Source: Thermodesulfobacteriota bacterium (lineage in GTDB: Bacteria > Desulfobacterota_D > UBA1144 > Nemesobacterales > Nemesobacteraceae). Taken from it: a DNA stretch of 64,000 nt. Every line of letters begins with the position of its first letter. Position 1 is the stretch's first letter. The stretch is taken from NCBI GenBank assembly GCA_965249045.1, contig OZ252213.1:201329-265328 (forward strand). The letters are read 5' to 3'. Under the pieces are notes generated by a model. It was given only the letters and a program-made list of their open reading frames with translations, did not search any database and was not told the origin of the DNA. The position numbers and the translations under genes are program-made. Below are positions 28,252-38,169 of this stretch, in pieces.

Positions 28252-30357
28252 TCACGGCAAAAAGCCCCCGTGCGGCTGGTGGTGGTAAAAATGCAAAACA
28301 ACAAAAGCCACGGTGCAGGCGGCCAGAATAATGCTGGTTAGAAGAACCGCCCGCCCCATCTTTGGCGGCGGGGCAGGACTGAAGGAATCAGAAGCCTTTC
28401 TGACTGCCCACCTGTACGCATCGACCTCGGATTCCGTGTACTCCCTTGAGATATCCGCCATAACCGATGCCAGGTATTCATCGCTCCCGCGGCGTACTCC
28501 CGTGAGGCCCGCGGCTATGGCTCCCTCGGTATTCTGCCAGAAATCGTTAATCGTCCTCTCACACTCGGCCCGGACGTTTTTCTCGTGCACCCGCCGCACG
28601 ACCTCGGCCGCAAGGTTCTCCTGCCAGGAACCGCCGCCGGCGTTCTGATCAGGACAGCCGATCGCCGCGGTCAATTCAAGACCCAGGGTCACGGGCCTGC
28701 CGAGGGCGGCTACATAGGAGGCGGCCTTTGTGGCGTGGTTCGCGAGGCCAAGAGAAAGCAGATATCCACTGGCGCTTCCGGTAAGCACGGTCCGCCCCAT
28801 GTTGGCGGTTACAAAAGATCTCACGTAAAGCGACATCGCTCCCAAGGTCTCGGGGCCCCTAAGTCCCTCCATGAATTTCGCCCAGGGGTCAAAAGCGGAC
28901 ATCTCGTAATCGGGGTCTTCGGTGCCGGGCAAGGCATGGAGATTCCGCATCGACGGCTGAATTCTCTGCCACTCAGAAAGCAGCTCTTCAACCTCGGCGG
29001 ATATCGATTTGCCGCTTTTCTTCAAAACGCCCTCGAGCCTTAACCCGAGCAGCTGTCCGACGTAGCTGCCGATTTCCTCCCGCGCCGCTTTTTCATCATT
29101 GAAGCTCTCCTCGATCAGGGCCGCCAGGAATTTCTCGGAAACTATAGCCTCGAAATAATTGCTCATCGACTCAAGGTCAGAAGACTTCTTCGCCTCGCAG
29201 GATTTCGTAATCTCAGCAAGGCGGTTTACGACCCTCCCCGATCCGCTGCTCCGGAACTGGTCGATATGCTCCTTAGCTTCCTTCGATCTCTGCGGCGCCT
29301 TCTTCATCGTGTACTGAAGGGCTTCGGATATGTCAATTGCGTTATGAAAGACCCTGTTTATGCGGTTAAGCGCCCGCTTTATATCATCCTCGACAGTTCG
29401 CTCGTTATTCAGGACGAGATACGCGGCCATGTCGTTAATCCTTCTAAGCGTTCGACTTGCAAGACGCTCGTTCTCGCGCCAAAACGGCTGGACCCTCGCT
29501 GCAAGCTCCTCTTCGCCCGGAAGCGCGTTTATAAAACCGCCCTCCTCAAGGAACTCAAAGGCCGTATCGTAAAGCCGCCTCTTGGTTCTTTCAATCGCAT
29601 CCTCGAAAACCGCCCGAATCTCCCCGAACTCTATATCGCCGCAGCGGGACTGCACGAAAAGCATGTGGTTTGTCACCTGGTACGCCTTAACCGGCGGACA
29701 CCGGCGGATAATGTTCGCAAGAAGCCCGAGATCGTTTTGCCGCAAGAAACCCGAGTGGGGGGAAAGCAGAACAAAGCCGTCTGCAAGCTCCACGCTTCCA
29801 AGGGTTTTTCCCCTGCCTGCGCCGTCGGGGCCGTACAGATCTCCCGGGGTATCCATAAGCCACACGTGGCGGCAGACGTCGGCTGTGCAGAAGACCACGG
29901 CGAAATACGCGTCGCCCGTGCGGGAGAGCAGCTCCGCGCCGCCCTGCTCGAGCAGGTGCCCTGCCACGTGATCTGGATTGTGAATCATGTGGGGACTGAA
30001 TCCCTTTTTGAAAAGCGCGACCTTGGCTGAGAGGGGAGGCGGCCTGTATTCTGAGTGTCCAACCAGAGTGATCAGGCACGTTGTGGGACTATCCCCAGTC
30101 GGCAGGACATCCTCACCTATAATGGTATTAACAAGAGTCGATTTGCCCGAGCCTGAATTGCCGAAAAAACCTATAACCGATTTTTTCTTAAGGTTTGCGA
30201 ACAGCCTTTCGGTTTCATCAAACGCATCAAGCAGTCTGAGTGACGGCAGAAAGTCAGGCTTTACGGCCGCTACCTTTGATTTAAGATCGGCAACTTTGCT
30301 AAGCCCGTCGGAGAGCCGCTCGGAAACTTTATTCTTTTTTCCAAGGGGGCTAGGATT
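28252..30357 (-). CDS. Dynamin-family large GTPase with C-terminal membrane anchor; 5' end uncertain because the P-loop-encoding region lies upstream of the first canonical start codon (29988)
   Basis: G3 LMDTPG is downstream of 29988. The open frame with no start codon continues upstream to 30357 and encodes G1 GFFGNSGSGKSTLVN. The C-terminal hydrophobic segment is AVLLTSIILAACTVAFVVL. Confidence 0.55.
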   Translation of the reverse strand, partial: NPSPLGKKNKVSERLSDGLSKVADLKSKVAAVKPDFLPSLRLLDAFDETERLFANLKKKSVIGFFGNSGSGKSTLVNTIIGEDVLPTGDSPTTCLITLVGHSEYRPPPLSAKVALFKKGFSPHMIHNPDHVAGHLLEQGGAELLSRTGDAYFAVVFCTADVCRHVWLMDTPGDLYGPDGAGRGKTLGSVELADGFVLLSPHSGFLRQNDLGLLANIIRRCPPVKAYQVTNHMLFVQSRCGDIEFGEIRAVFEDAIERTKRRLYDTAFEFLEEGGFINALPGEEELAARVQPFWRENERLASRTLRRINDMAAYLVLNNERTVEDDIKRALNRINRVFHNAIDISEALQYTMKKAPQRSKEAKEHIDQFRSSGSGRVVNRLAEITKSCEAKKSSDLESMSNYFEAIVSEKFLAALIEESFNDEKAAREEIGSYVGQLLGLRLEGVLKKSGKSISAEVEELLSEWQRIQPSMRNLHALPGTEDPDYEMSAFDPWAKFMEGLRGPETLGAMSLYVRSFVTANMGRTVLTGSASGYLLSLGLANHATKAASYVAALGRPVTLGLELTAAIGCPDQNAGGGSWQENLAAEVVRRVHEKNVRAECERTINDFWQNTEGAIAAGLTGVRRGSDEYLASVMADISREYTESEVDAYRWAVRKASDSFSPAPPPKMGRAVLLTSIILAACTVAFVVLHFYHHQPHGGFLP

Positions 30358-30524
30358 TCACCATCCTTGTTCGCGAGTAAGTTTAAGTGAAGGTTTTTAC
30401 CGTTATCGGGGAGAAAAACAACTCTTGCGCGTTTTGTTAAAAGGCCGGACGGTCTTATTCGCCGTTAACAATAACTCCCTTGTCCCTTGTCCAAAGCGAA
30501 TCAGAGTATATATTTGAAGAGTAG

Positions 30525-31400
30525 ATGAACGAACTGCTCGAAAGCTTCATAAAACACATCTCGGACGAAAGAAACTACTCGGAACACACGGTAAAGGCCT
30601 ACAGGGGCGATCTTGAGAATTTCCGTGATTTTCTCTTAAAAAAGGCAAAAAAAATCGAGAACACGGACATCGCGACCATAAACGCGTACATCTCCACCCT
30701 CTACGGAAAAAACTCCCCCGCTTCGGTCGAGAGAAAGGTATCGGCGATAAGATCCTTTTTCTCGTTTCTGGTAAGAAAAGACCTGGTTTCGCAGAATCCC
30801 GCGAAACTGGTTCGCACCCCTAAAAAGGAAAGGCACCTCCCGGTGTTTCTGAGCGTGGATGAGGTGTTCAATCTCGTTGACGTAAAGGATCCGGGGAAAA
30901 ACCCGCTTTGCGTGCGCGACAGGGCGATTCTCGAGCTTCTTTACTCAAGCGGTCTTCGGGTAAGCGAGCTCGCGGGAGCCACCCTCGCCGACATAAGCAT
31001 CGGAGAGGCGATAATAAGGGTGCGCGGAAAGGGAAACAAGGAGAGAATCGTTCCCGTGGGCTCAAAGGCGCTTTCTGCCCTCGGGCAATATCTTGACATA
31101 AGGGCGAAGTTAAAACCCGTATCCGACCATATATTCCTTAACTCAAGGGGAGGCGGGATAACCACGAGAAGCCTCGCGCGGATAATAAAAAAATACGGGC
31201 TTCTCTCCGGGATATCGAAGAACGTAAGCCCCCACGTGCTCCGGCACTCGTTTGCGACCCATCTGCTCGCGGGCGGCGCGGACCTCCGCGCGATCCAGGA
31301 GATGCTCGGCCACGCAAGTCTCTCGACGACCCAGAGATACACCCATCTATCGGTTGAGCGTATAATGGAAGTGTACGACAAGACCCACCCGAACGCTTAG
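30525..31400 (+). CDS. xerC: Tyrosine site-specific recombinase XerC/XerD (CodV-like), upstream of hslVU
   Basis: N-terminal SAM-like domain with the C-terminal catalytic region RHSFATHLL...LGHASLSTTQRYTH. The xerC-hslV-hslU synteny is conserved. Confidence 0.75.
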   Translation: MNELLESFIKHISDERNYSEHTVKAYRGDLENFRDFLLKKAKKIENTDIATINAYISTLYGKNSPASVERKVSAIRSFFSFLVRKDLVSQNPAKLVRTPKKERHLPVFLSVDEVFNLVDVKDPGKNPLCVRDRAILELLYSSGLRVSELAGATLADISIGEAIIRVRGKGNKERIVPVGSKALSALGQYLDIRAKLKPVSDHIFLNSRGGGITTRSLARIIKKYGLLSGISKNVSPHVLRHSFATHLLAGGADLRAIQEMLGHASLSTTQRYTHLSVERIMEVYDKTHPNA

Positions 31401-31424
31401 GCGCCGGGAGGAGAAGGAAAAACC

Positions 31425-31961
31425 ATGAGCAAGTTTCACGGAACCACGATACTCTGCGTTAAAAAAGACGACCGGGTGGCGCTCGGGGGCGACGGCCAGG
31501 TGACCATGGGGTCAACCGCGGTAAAACATAACGCGAACAAGATAAGGAAGATGTACGGCGGGAAGATCTGCGCCGGCTTTGCGGGCTCAACGGCAGACGC
31601 CATAACGCTTTTTGACAAGTTCGAGGGGAAGCTTGAGGAATTCCCGAGCAACCTGCAGCGCGCCGCGGTCGAGCTTGCAAAGGAATGGAGAACAGACAGG
31701 ATCCTAAGAAGACTCGAGGCCCTGCTTATAGTCGCAAACTCTGAAACCATGCTGATAATCTCGGGAAGCGGAGACATAATAGAGCCTGACGACAACGTGA
31801 TAGCCATAGGATCGGGAGGTCCTTTCGCACAGGCGGCCGCACTTGCGCTTGCGAAGCACTCCCCGCTTTCCGCTCGGGAAATAGTCGAGCGCTCCCTTGA
31901 GATCGCAGCCGGCATCTGCATTTACACAAACAGCCACATATCCATAGAGGAAATAAAATAA
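31425..31961 (+). CDS. hslV: ATP-dependent protease subunit HslV
   Basis: N-terminal TTIL (Thr nucleophile after Met removal), followed by GGDGQVT and GSGG motifs. Confidence 0.9.
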   Translation: MSKFHGTTILCVKKDDRVALGGDGQVTMGSTAVKHNANKIRKMYGGKICAGFAGSTADAITLFDKFEGKLEEFPSNLQRAAVELAKEWRTDRILRRLEALLIVANSETMLIISGSGDIIEPDDNVIAIGSGGPFAQAAALALAKHSPLSAREIVERSLEIAAGICIYTNSHISIEEIK

Positions 31962-33290
31962 ATGTTCAGAGAATCCTATCTCACCCCAAGGGAAATAGTC
32001 TCGGAACTCGACAAGTACATAGTCGGACAAAACATGGCTAAAAGGGCCGTCGGCGTGGCCCTTAGAAACAGGTGGAGAAGACAGAAAGTCTCCCCTGAGC
32101 TAAGAGACGAAATCTCACCCAAAAACATCCTGATGATGGGGCCCACGGGGGTGGGTAAAACCGAAATAGCCCGCAGGCTGGCAAAACTCGCCCAGGCGCC
32201 CTTCGTAAAGGTCGAGGCATCGAAATTCACCGAGGTCGGCTACGTGGGGCGGGACGTTGAGTCGATGATAAGGGACTTAACGGAGATAGCCGTCAACATG
32301 GTCACCGAGGAGGAGACCATTTTCGTTACCACGAGGGCAAAAGAGCTTGCAGAGGACAAGCTGATTGACCTGCTCGTTCCGACGCGCCAGGATGACGAGG
32401 CGGAAACGGACATGAGCGAGACCAAAAAGAAGATGAGAAAGCTTCTTTGGGACGGAAAGCTTGACAAAAGGGAGGTAGAGATAGAGATAACGGCAAGGTC
32501 CCTTCCGATACAGGTGTTCAGCCAGGCGGGAGTGGAAGAGATGGACCCCGGCATCTCCGAGATGATCGGAAGCCTCATGCCCAAAAAATCCAAGGTAAGA
32601 AAAGTAAAGGTGCCCGAAGCCCTGGATATTCTCACAGAAGAAGAAGCCCGCAGGCTAATAGACATGGACAAGGTAACCCAGCTTGCCTTAGAGAGAACGG
32701 AGAACTCGGGGATAATCTTTATAGACGAGATAGACAAGGTCGCCGGGAAAAACGGTGTTTCAGGCCCGGATGTTTCAAGGGAGGGGGTGCAGAGGGATCT
32801 TCTCCCGATAATCGAGGGAAGCAACGTCACCACGAAGCACGGGATGGTTAGAACCGATCACATACTTTTCATAGGAGCCGGGGCGTTTCACGTCTCAAAG
32901 CCGTCTGATCTCATACCTGAGCTCCAGGGACGTTTCCCCATAAGGGTTGAGCTCGAGGCGCTCACAAAAGACGATTTCGTACGTATTCTCACCGAGCCCA
33001 AAAATGCCCTTATAAAACAGTACACAGAACTTATGAGAACCGAGGACATAAACCTCGTGTTCAGCCCCGAAGCGGTAGAAAAAATAGCTGAGACCGCGGC
33101 CGAGGTTAACAGTTCCACAGAGAACATCGGGGCCAGAAGGCTTCACACCGTTCTTGAGAAACTACTTGACGAGATTTCCTTTAACGCTCCGGACATGAAG
33201 GAGAAAAAAATCGTTATAGACGAGGGTTACGTCGAGGAGAAAATAGCCGACATCGTCAAGGATAGGGACCTCAGCAGGTACATACTCTGA
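31962..33290 (+). CDS. hslU: ATP-dependent protease ATPase subunit HslU
   Basis: [19 protein letters not shown], Walker [16 protein letters not shown], and an intermediate I-domain. Confidence 0.9.
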   Translation: MFRESYLTPREIVSELDKYIVGQNMAKRAVGVALRNRWRRQKVSPELRDEISPKNILMMGPTGVGKTEIARRLAKLAQAPFVKVEASKFTEVGYVGRDVESMIRDLTEIAVNMVTEEETIFVTTRAKELAEDKLIDLLVPTRQDDEAETDMSETKKKMRKLLWDGKLDKREVEIEITARSLPIQVFSQAGVEEMDPGISEMIGSLMPKKSKVRKVKVPEALDILTEEEARRLIDMDKVTQLALERTENSGIIFIDEIDKVAGKNGVSGPDVSREGVQRDLLPIIEGSNVTTKHGMVRTDHILFIGAGAFHVSKPSDLIPELQGRFPIRVELEALTKDDFVRILTEPKNALIKQYTELMRTEDINLVFSPEAVEKIAETAAEVNSSTENIGARRLHTVLEKLLDEISFNAPDMKEKKIVIDEGYVEEKIADIVKDRDLSRYIL

Positions 33291-33296
33291 ACTGCG

Positions 33297-33794
33297 TTAC
33301 TTATTTGGGAAAGACATTTTAGGATCAACATAAACGTAGTTGATCCACTCATCATGCAGGTGAGCGAAATCTTTATCCGTGGATAACAACACGGAATTGC
33401 TCGCGTAAGCAGTAGCCGCAATCCAAAGGTCGTTCTTACCCATTGGGACAGCAGGCTTGGGAGGCGGAAAAATGTGTTCGGGAGAATTCAGATGTTTCCC
33501 GTGAGTCCAAGCATCAATAAGCGCGTAAGCGTTCAGAATGCTTTTTTGATTAATATCAAGGGTAGGAAATTCGTCCAGAACTTCTTCAAGACGTCCCCGT
33601 TTTTTCTCCCCCCAACCTCTCTTTTCCGCAAGTGCGAGCAGTTCAGCCTGGCAGATGATCGACGTAAAAACCATCGTTTCCTGATCTCCGAGACTGAACT
33701 TCGAACGAGCCCATAAAGCCCATGGGGCCTCCCGGACAAACCCAAGCAACATTCCTGTATCCAGAAGAAAGCGTTTCATAGTTAAAGAAGTCAA
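33297..33794 (-). CDS. PIN-domain protein (VapC-like putative toxin/RNase)
   Basis: FLLDTGML (first acidic residue), ...E..., DLWIAATA and LLSTDKDF, in the PIN acidic-residue arrangement. Confidence 0.65.
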   Translation of the reverse strand: MTSLTMKRFLLDTGMLLGFVREAPWALWARSKFSLGDQETMVFTSIICQAELLALAEKRGWGEKKRGRLEEVLDEFPTLDINQKSILNAYALIDAWTHGKHLNSPEHIFPPPKPAVPMGKNDLWIAATAYASNSVLLSTDKDFAHLHDEWINYVYVDPKMSFPNK

Positions 33795-34738
33795 TCAAGC
33801 TCAGCCAAAAGTTCCTCAATGGGCTCATCGCCAGGCCACGCGCCCGCAAGGTCCTTGGGATCGGCTACCTGTGCCGAAGCTCTTAGAACCCTCTCCATAT
33901 CTTGTTTCCTCGTAGGCATTTCTTCAAAAACCTCGTCACCCTCAACACGAGCGCTTATTTTGCGGGCTTCAATCAATCGAGGTTGTCCGTTGACTTTAAA
34001 GTGAACTGTGCCCTCTACAGTTGTCGGTTTACCCCAGAGAAAACGCAAGGCTTCAACATCTAAAAAATCGGCGTTAAGCCGTCCAAGAATGTACGAATTC
34101 CTTCCAAGCAGAAGACGAAAACGCCCTCCGCCGTGTTTGATTTCATCAAGCATGCCGGTCACTATGAATGCTTTGGGAAGCGGGATGTTTTTAACCTGTT
34201 CTCTAACCCGTGCACATATACGCTCATCCAGAGTAAACCGCCCTTGTGCCGGACCTTGAGGAACCAATTCATAACTAATGCCGGAGATTCCCCCCGATTT
34301 GCTGAACTTGAGAATTGCGTCAAGAACGGAATTGTCAAACCGATCCCCCTCGGGGGAATCTGCTCCCGCTTCTTCAATTGCAAGTGCCGCAAGATCAAGC
34401 GCCGTATCATCAAGGCTTGGCTGTTCACGCCAAAAATCATGTTGAGTGAACACATCATAGGCTGTATCACGAAGACTCGGAGCCTCAAGGTCGATAACCG
34501 TAGAACCCTTTTTTAACCCCGTTATCGTAAAATCGACGCTGGCGTTCAGCCATCCGGGTTTTGATCCTCTGCCTTTGCCCTCACCGGTAGCTGATAACCG
34601 GGTAGCTCTCTCCGCCGTCTCAATAAGGGCTTCCACAACACGCAAAAGCCTCTTAGCCTTAATCTGCCCCTCGTTTTCCGGCAGACCGCTGAGTTGTAAC
34701 TGATAGCGTTTCATGCTCATTGCAAACACCCCTCTCAC
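33791..34738 (-). CDS. Hypothetical 315-aa protein translationally coupled (4-bp overlap) upstream of the PIN gene; no recognisable domain
   Basis: Long ORF with codon usage like its neighbours. It occupies the position usually held by a short VapB-type antitoxin. Confidence 0.45.
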   Translation of the reverse strand: MRGVFAMSMKRYQLQLSGLPENEGQIKAKRLLRVVEALIETAERATRLSATGEGKGRGSKPGWLNASVDFTITGLKKGSTVIDLEAPSLRDTAYDVFTQHDFWREQPSLDDTALDLAALAIEEAGADSPEGDRFDNSVLDAILKFSKSGGISGISYELVPQGPAQGRFTLDERICARVREQVKNIPLPKAFIVTGMLDEIKHGGGRFRLLLGRNSYILGRLNADFLDVEALRFLWGKPTTVEGTVHFKVNGQPRLIEARKISARVEGDEVFEEMPTRKQDMERVLRASAQVADPKDLAGAWPGDEPIEELLAELD

Positions 34739-34967
34739 AAGGTTTCAGATGATAACAGATTCTGAACAATACGGGTTGTTTTGGCAAATCACAAAACTAG
34801 TTTTAAAATTCAACTTGTTTGTTGAAGAATCTTTCGATTTTTTGCTGATGAGTGTATTCTGAACTGCGGAACAGAATAAAAAACATCTCAAGTAATACCG
34901 CTTCCCGGAGATTGTCATAACCTTCGCTTTTGGTTAGATTTTTCACGAAAAAGTCCTTGGAGCCCAA

Positions 34968-36443
34968 ATGGATTTCAAAAACTACGATACGGAAGGCTTT
35001 TACGACGAGGTCTTCGAGGACGGCGCCGTCCCGCACGAGTGGACCCGTTTTCTCACCGACAAGATAGAAAGCCTCTCCGGCGGAGAGCTTATCGAAAGGC
35101 AGAAAGCCGCCGAGATGAACCTGTTCGAGATGGGGGTCACCTTCACCCTCTACTCGGAAAAAAAGAAAGGTTCAGAGGAAAACATCTTCCCATTCGATAT
35201 AATCCCGAGAATAGTGTCGGCCGAGGACTGGGAGCTGCTAGAAAGGGGCCTCAAGCAGAGAATCCACGCGCTTAACCTCTTCATAGACGACATATACAAC
35301 GACCGGAAGATCCTGAGGGACAAGGTGGTCCCGAAGGAACTCATCCTCTCAAGCAGGGAGTTTCGCCTCGACTGCGTGGGTTTTTCTCCGCCGAAAAAGA
35401 TCTGGTGCCATATCACGGGAACGGACCTCATAAGACACTCAGACGGAAACTTCTACATCCTCGAAGACAACCTCCGTTCCCCCTCCGGCGTCTCCTACGT
35501 GCTTGAGAACCGGGAGCTTCTGAAACGAACCTTCCCAAAGGTGTTCGACGCGGTTGAGATAATGCCCATAAGTGATTACGGGCTCCACCTCCTAGACACG
35601 CTCCAGTACCTGCTCTCCGACAGAACCGTAAACCCCAAGGTAGTGCTGCTCACCCCGGGTATCTACAACTCGGCCTACTTCGAGCACTCGTTTCTCGCAA
35701 AGGAGATGGGAATAGAGCTTGTCGAGGGAAGGGATCTCGTTGTAGTCGATAATTTCGTTCACCTGAAAACCACCAAGGGACTTGAAAAAGTGGACGTCAT
35801 CTACAGACGGATAAACGACAATTTCCTCGACCCGCAGGTGTTCCGCCCGGATTCGGTGCTTGGAGTTCCGGGGCTTTTCAGCGCCTACAAGGCAGGAAAC
35901 GTCGCCATAGCGAACGCCCCAGGAGGAGGAGTGGCCGACGACAAGATAATATACGCCTACGTTGAGAAGATAATAAAGTACTACCTCGGGGAAGACCCCG
36001 TGATCCCGAACGTGCCGACGTACATCTGCGAGGAGGATGAAGCCAGGAAATACGTGCTTGACAATATCGAGAAGCTGGTCGTAAAGCCCGCAAACGAATC
36101 GGGAGGATACGGAATAGTGTTCGGGCCCAAGGCAACGAAGGAAGAACTTGCCCAGGCGAAAAGAAACATAAAAGCCGATCCAAGAAACTACATAGCCCAG
36201 AAGACAATGTCTCTTTCCCGGGCTCCCGTAATAGCCGACGATCACTTCGAGGGACGCCACGTCGATTTAAGACCCTTTATTCTCTACGGAGAAGACATAT
36301 TCGTTCTGCCTGGAGGCCTCACCAGGGTGGCTCTCCGCAAAGGTTCAATGATAGTTAATTCGTCCCAGGGCGGGGGAAGCAAGGACACATGGGTTCTTGC
36401 TCCCGGAAAGAACAACAGGGGACGGGGAGATAAAAAATCCTAA
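34968..36443 (+). CDS. Circularly permuted ATP-grasp type 2 protein (COG2308) of the Anbu operon
   Basis: Characteristic family architecture. It is the first gene of the conserved ATP-grasp / alpha-E / Anbu / transglutaminase cluster. Confidence 0.7.
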   Translation: MDFKNYDTEGFYDEVFEDGAVPHEWTRFLTDKIESLSGGELIERQKAAEMNLFEMGVTFTLYSEKKKGSEENIFPFDIIPRIVSAEDWELLERGLKQRIHALNLFIDDIYNDRKILRDKVVPKELILSSREFRLDCVGFSPPKKIWCHITGTDLIRHSDGNFYILEDNLRSPSGVSYVLENRELLKRTFPKVFDAVEIMPISDYGLHLLDTLQYLLSDRTVNPKVVLLTPGIYNSAYFEHSFLAKEMGIELVEGRDLVVVDNFVHLKTTKGLEKVDVIYRRINDNFLDPQVFRPDSVLGVPGLFSAYKAGNVAIANAPGGGVADDKIIYAYVEKIIKYYLGEDPVIPNVPTYICEEDEARKYVLDNIEKLVVKPANESGGYGIVFGPKATKEELAQAKRNIKADPRNYIAQKTMSLSRAPVIADDHFEGRHVDLRPFILYGEDIFVLPGGLTRVALRKGSMIVNSSQGGGSKDTWVLAPGKNNRGRGDKKS

Positions 36444-36469
36444 GCCGCGTCGCAGAATCGATATACTGG

Positions 36470-37417
36470 ATGAGCCGCTACGCCGAGCGCGCGGGAAACA
36501 CCGCGAGGCTTATAAGCGTTAACCTCGGCCTTGCGATCGACATCCACGACTCGGTGGAGCAGGAGTGGGATCCCATAGTAAGGGTTACGGGGGACATGGA
36601 GCTTTTCAGAAGCCTCTACGGCAGCGCAACCCGGGAGAACGTAATAAACTTCATGGTTCTTGACGAAAACAACCCGAACTCCATCATCTCCTGCGTTAAC
36701 CACGCCAGGGAGAACGCAAGCTCGGTAAGGGAGATAATTTCCTCTGAGATGTGGCTTCTCATAAACCGCTTCTACCACAGGCTAAACGGCGATGAGGCCA
36801 AGGAGAAACTGCTCGACAATCCCGGCAGGTTCTGCGAAGTGTCGAAAGTGCAGAGCCTTCTTTTTCACGGGTCGGGGTACATAAGCATATCCCATGGGGA
36901 GGCTTGGCATTTCTCGGAACTTGGAAAACAGATGGAGCGGGCAGATAACACCTCTAGAATCCTTGACGTCAAGTACTACACCCTGCTTCCCAAGGCGGAA
37001 CTCATAGGAACGTCGATAGACAACATGCAGTGGATAGCGCTCCTGAAATCAACAAGCGCCCTTGAGACCTATAAGGCGAAGCACCAGCAGATATCGATAG
37101 AGAACGTGCTTAACTTTCTCATCCTTGAGAACCAGTTTCCCCGCTCGATAATCTACTGCGTCGCGCGGGCCGATGAGTCTCTTCACTGCATATCGAACAG
37201 CCCGGCGGGCTCCTACAACAACGAAACCGAAAAGCAGATGGGAAGACTTCTCTCAGATCTTCGGTTCATAAGCGTCGAGGAGATAATAGACCACGGCATG
37301 CATCAGTACCTAAAGAGCTTCCAGTCTCATATAAACGACGTCGGAAACTGCATATACGACGATTACTTCAGCTATTCGGTAAAAGACAGCAGCCTGCCGG
37401 GCTTTGACGATATCTGA
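36470..37417 (+). CDS. Alpha-E domain protein (COG2307/DUF403)
   Basis: It takes the position and size expected of the alpha-E protein that always accompanies the permuted ATP-grasp gene. Confidence 0.65.
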   Translation: MSRYAERAGNTARLISVNLGLAIDIHDSVEQEWDPIVRVTGDMELFRSLYGSATRENVINFMVLDENNPNSIISCVNHARENASSVREIISSEMWLLINRFYHRLNGDEAKEKLLDNPGRFCEVSKVQSLLFHGSGYISISHGEAWHFSELGKQMERADNTSRILDVKYYTLLPKAELIGTSIDNMQWIALLKSTSALETYKAKHQQISIENVLNFLILENQFPRSIIYCVARADESLHCISNSPAGSYNNETEKQMGRLLSDLRFISVEEIIDHGMHQYLKSFQSHINDVGNCIYDDYFSYSVKDSSLPGFDDI

Positions 37418-37431
37418 GAGGGAGAAACAAA

Positions 37432-38169
37432 ATGACTTTCTGCGTGGGAATGAGACTAAAAGAAGGGATAATCGGACTTGCCGATAACCTCATAATAACG
37501 GGAAACGAAGCCATACGGGCAAAGAAGGTCACTACTCACAGGTCCGGGGAAAACTCCTTTTTCCTTATGACATCGGGACTTCGCTCCGCGAGGGACAAGA
37601 CGATCACCTACCTCGATGAGGCCCTCGAGCACTCAGATGAACCCCTTGACCGCCTCTACAAGGCCGTGAACCTGTTCTCAAGGGAGCTTCGGAGGGTAAA
37701 GGAGGAAGACGGAGAGGCGCTTTCCGAATCCGGGCTTTCCTTCAACATGTACTCCATAATAGGAGGACAGTTCGAAAAAGACCCGGAGCCCCAGCTTTTC
37801 CTGGTCTACCCCCAGGGCAACTGGATCAACGTGGGGACCACCTCTCCCTACGTTATAATAGACGAGTCGAAATACGGAAAACCGATCATAAAAAGGACCC
37901 TTACCTACGACACAAGTCTCGACACCGCGCTTCGCATCGCGTACCTGGCGTTTGATTCAAGTCGCATAAACGCCATAGACGTCGATTTTCCCATAGACAT
38001 TATGGTCTACAGAACCAATTCTTTCTGCCTCGAGCAGTACAGCTTCACCGAAAACGAACTGGCGGACATATCCGAGTGGTGGCAGGAGAGACTTAGAAAA
38101 TCGGCCGAAGAAATGCCCGCCGAATGGGTAAAAAAGGTTCTTAACGGAAACCCGCAAAGTGCTTCTTAG
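37432..38169 (+). CDS. Anbu (ancestral beta-subunit) proteasome-homolog peptidase
   Basis: ~245 aa. N-terminal MTFCVGMRLKEGIIGLADN (Thr at position 2) in a proteasome beta-like fold. Operon context supports the call. Confidence 0.65.
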   Translation: MTFCVGMRLKEGIIGLADNLIITGNEAIRAKKVTTHRSGENSFFLMTSGLRSARDKTITYLDEALEHSDEPLDRLYKAVNLFSRELRRVKEEDGEALSESGLSFNMYSIIGGQFEKDPEPQLFLVYPQGNWINVGTTSPYVIIDESKYGKPIIKRTLTYDTSLDTALRIAYLAFDSSRINAIDVDFPIDIMVYRTNSFCLEQYSFTENELADISEWWQERLRKSAEEMPAEWVKKVLNGNPQSAS

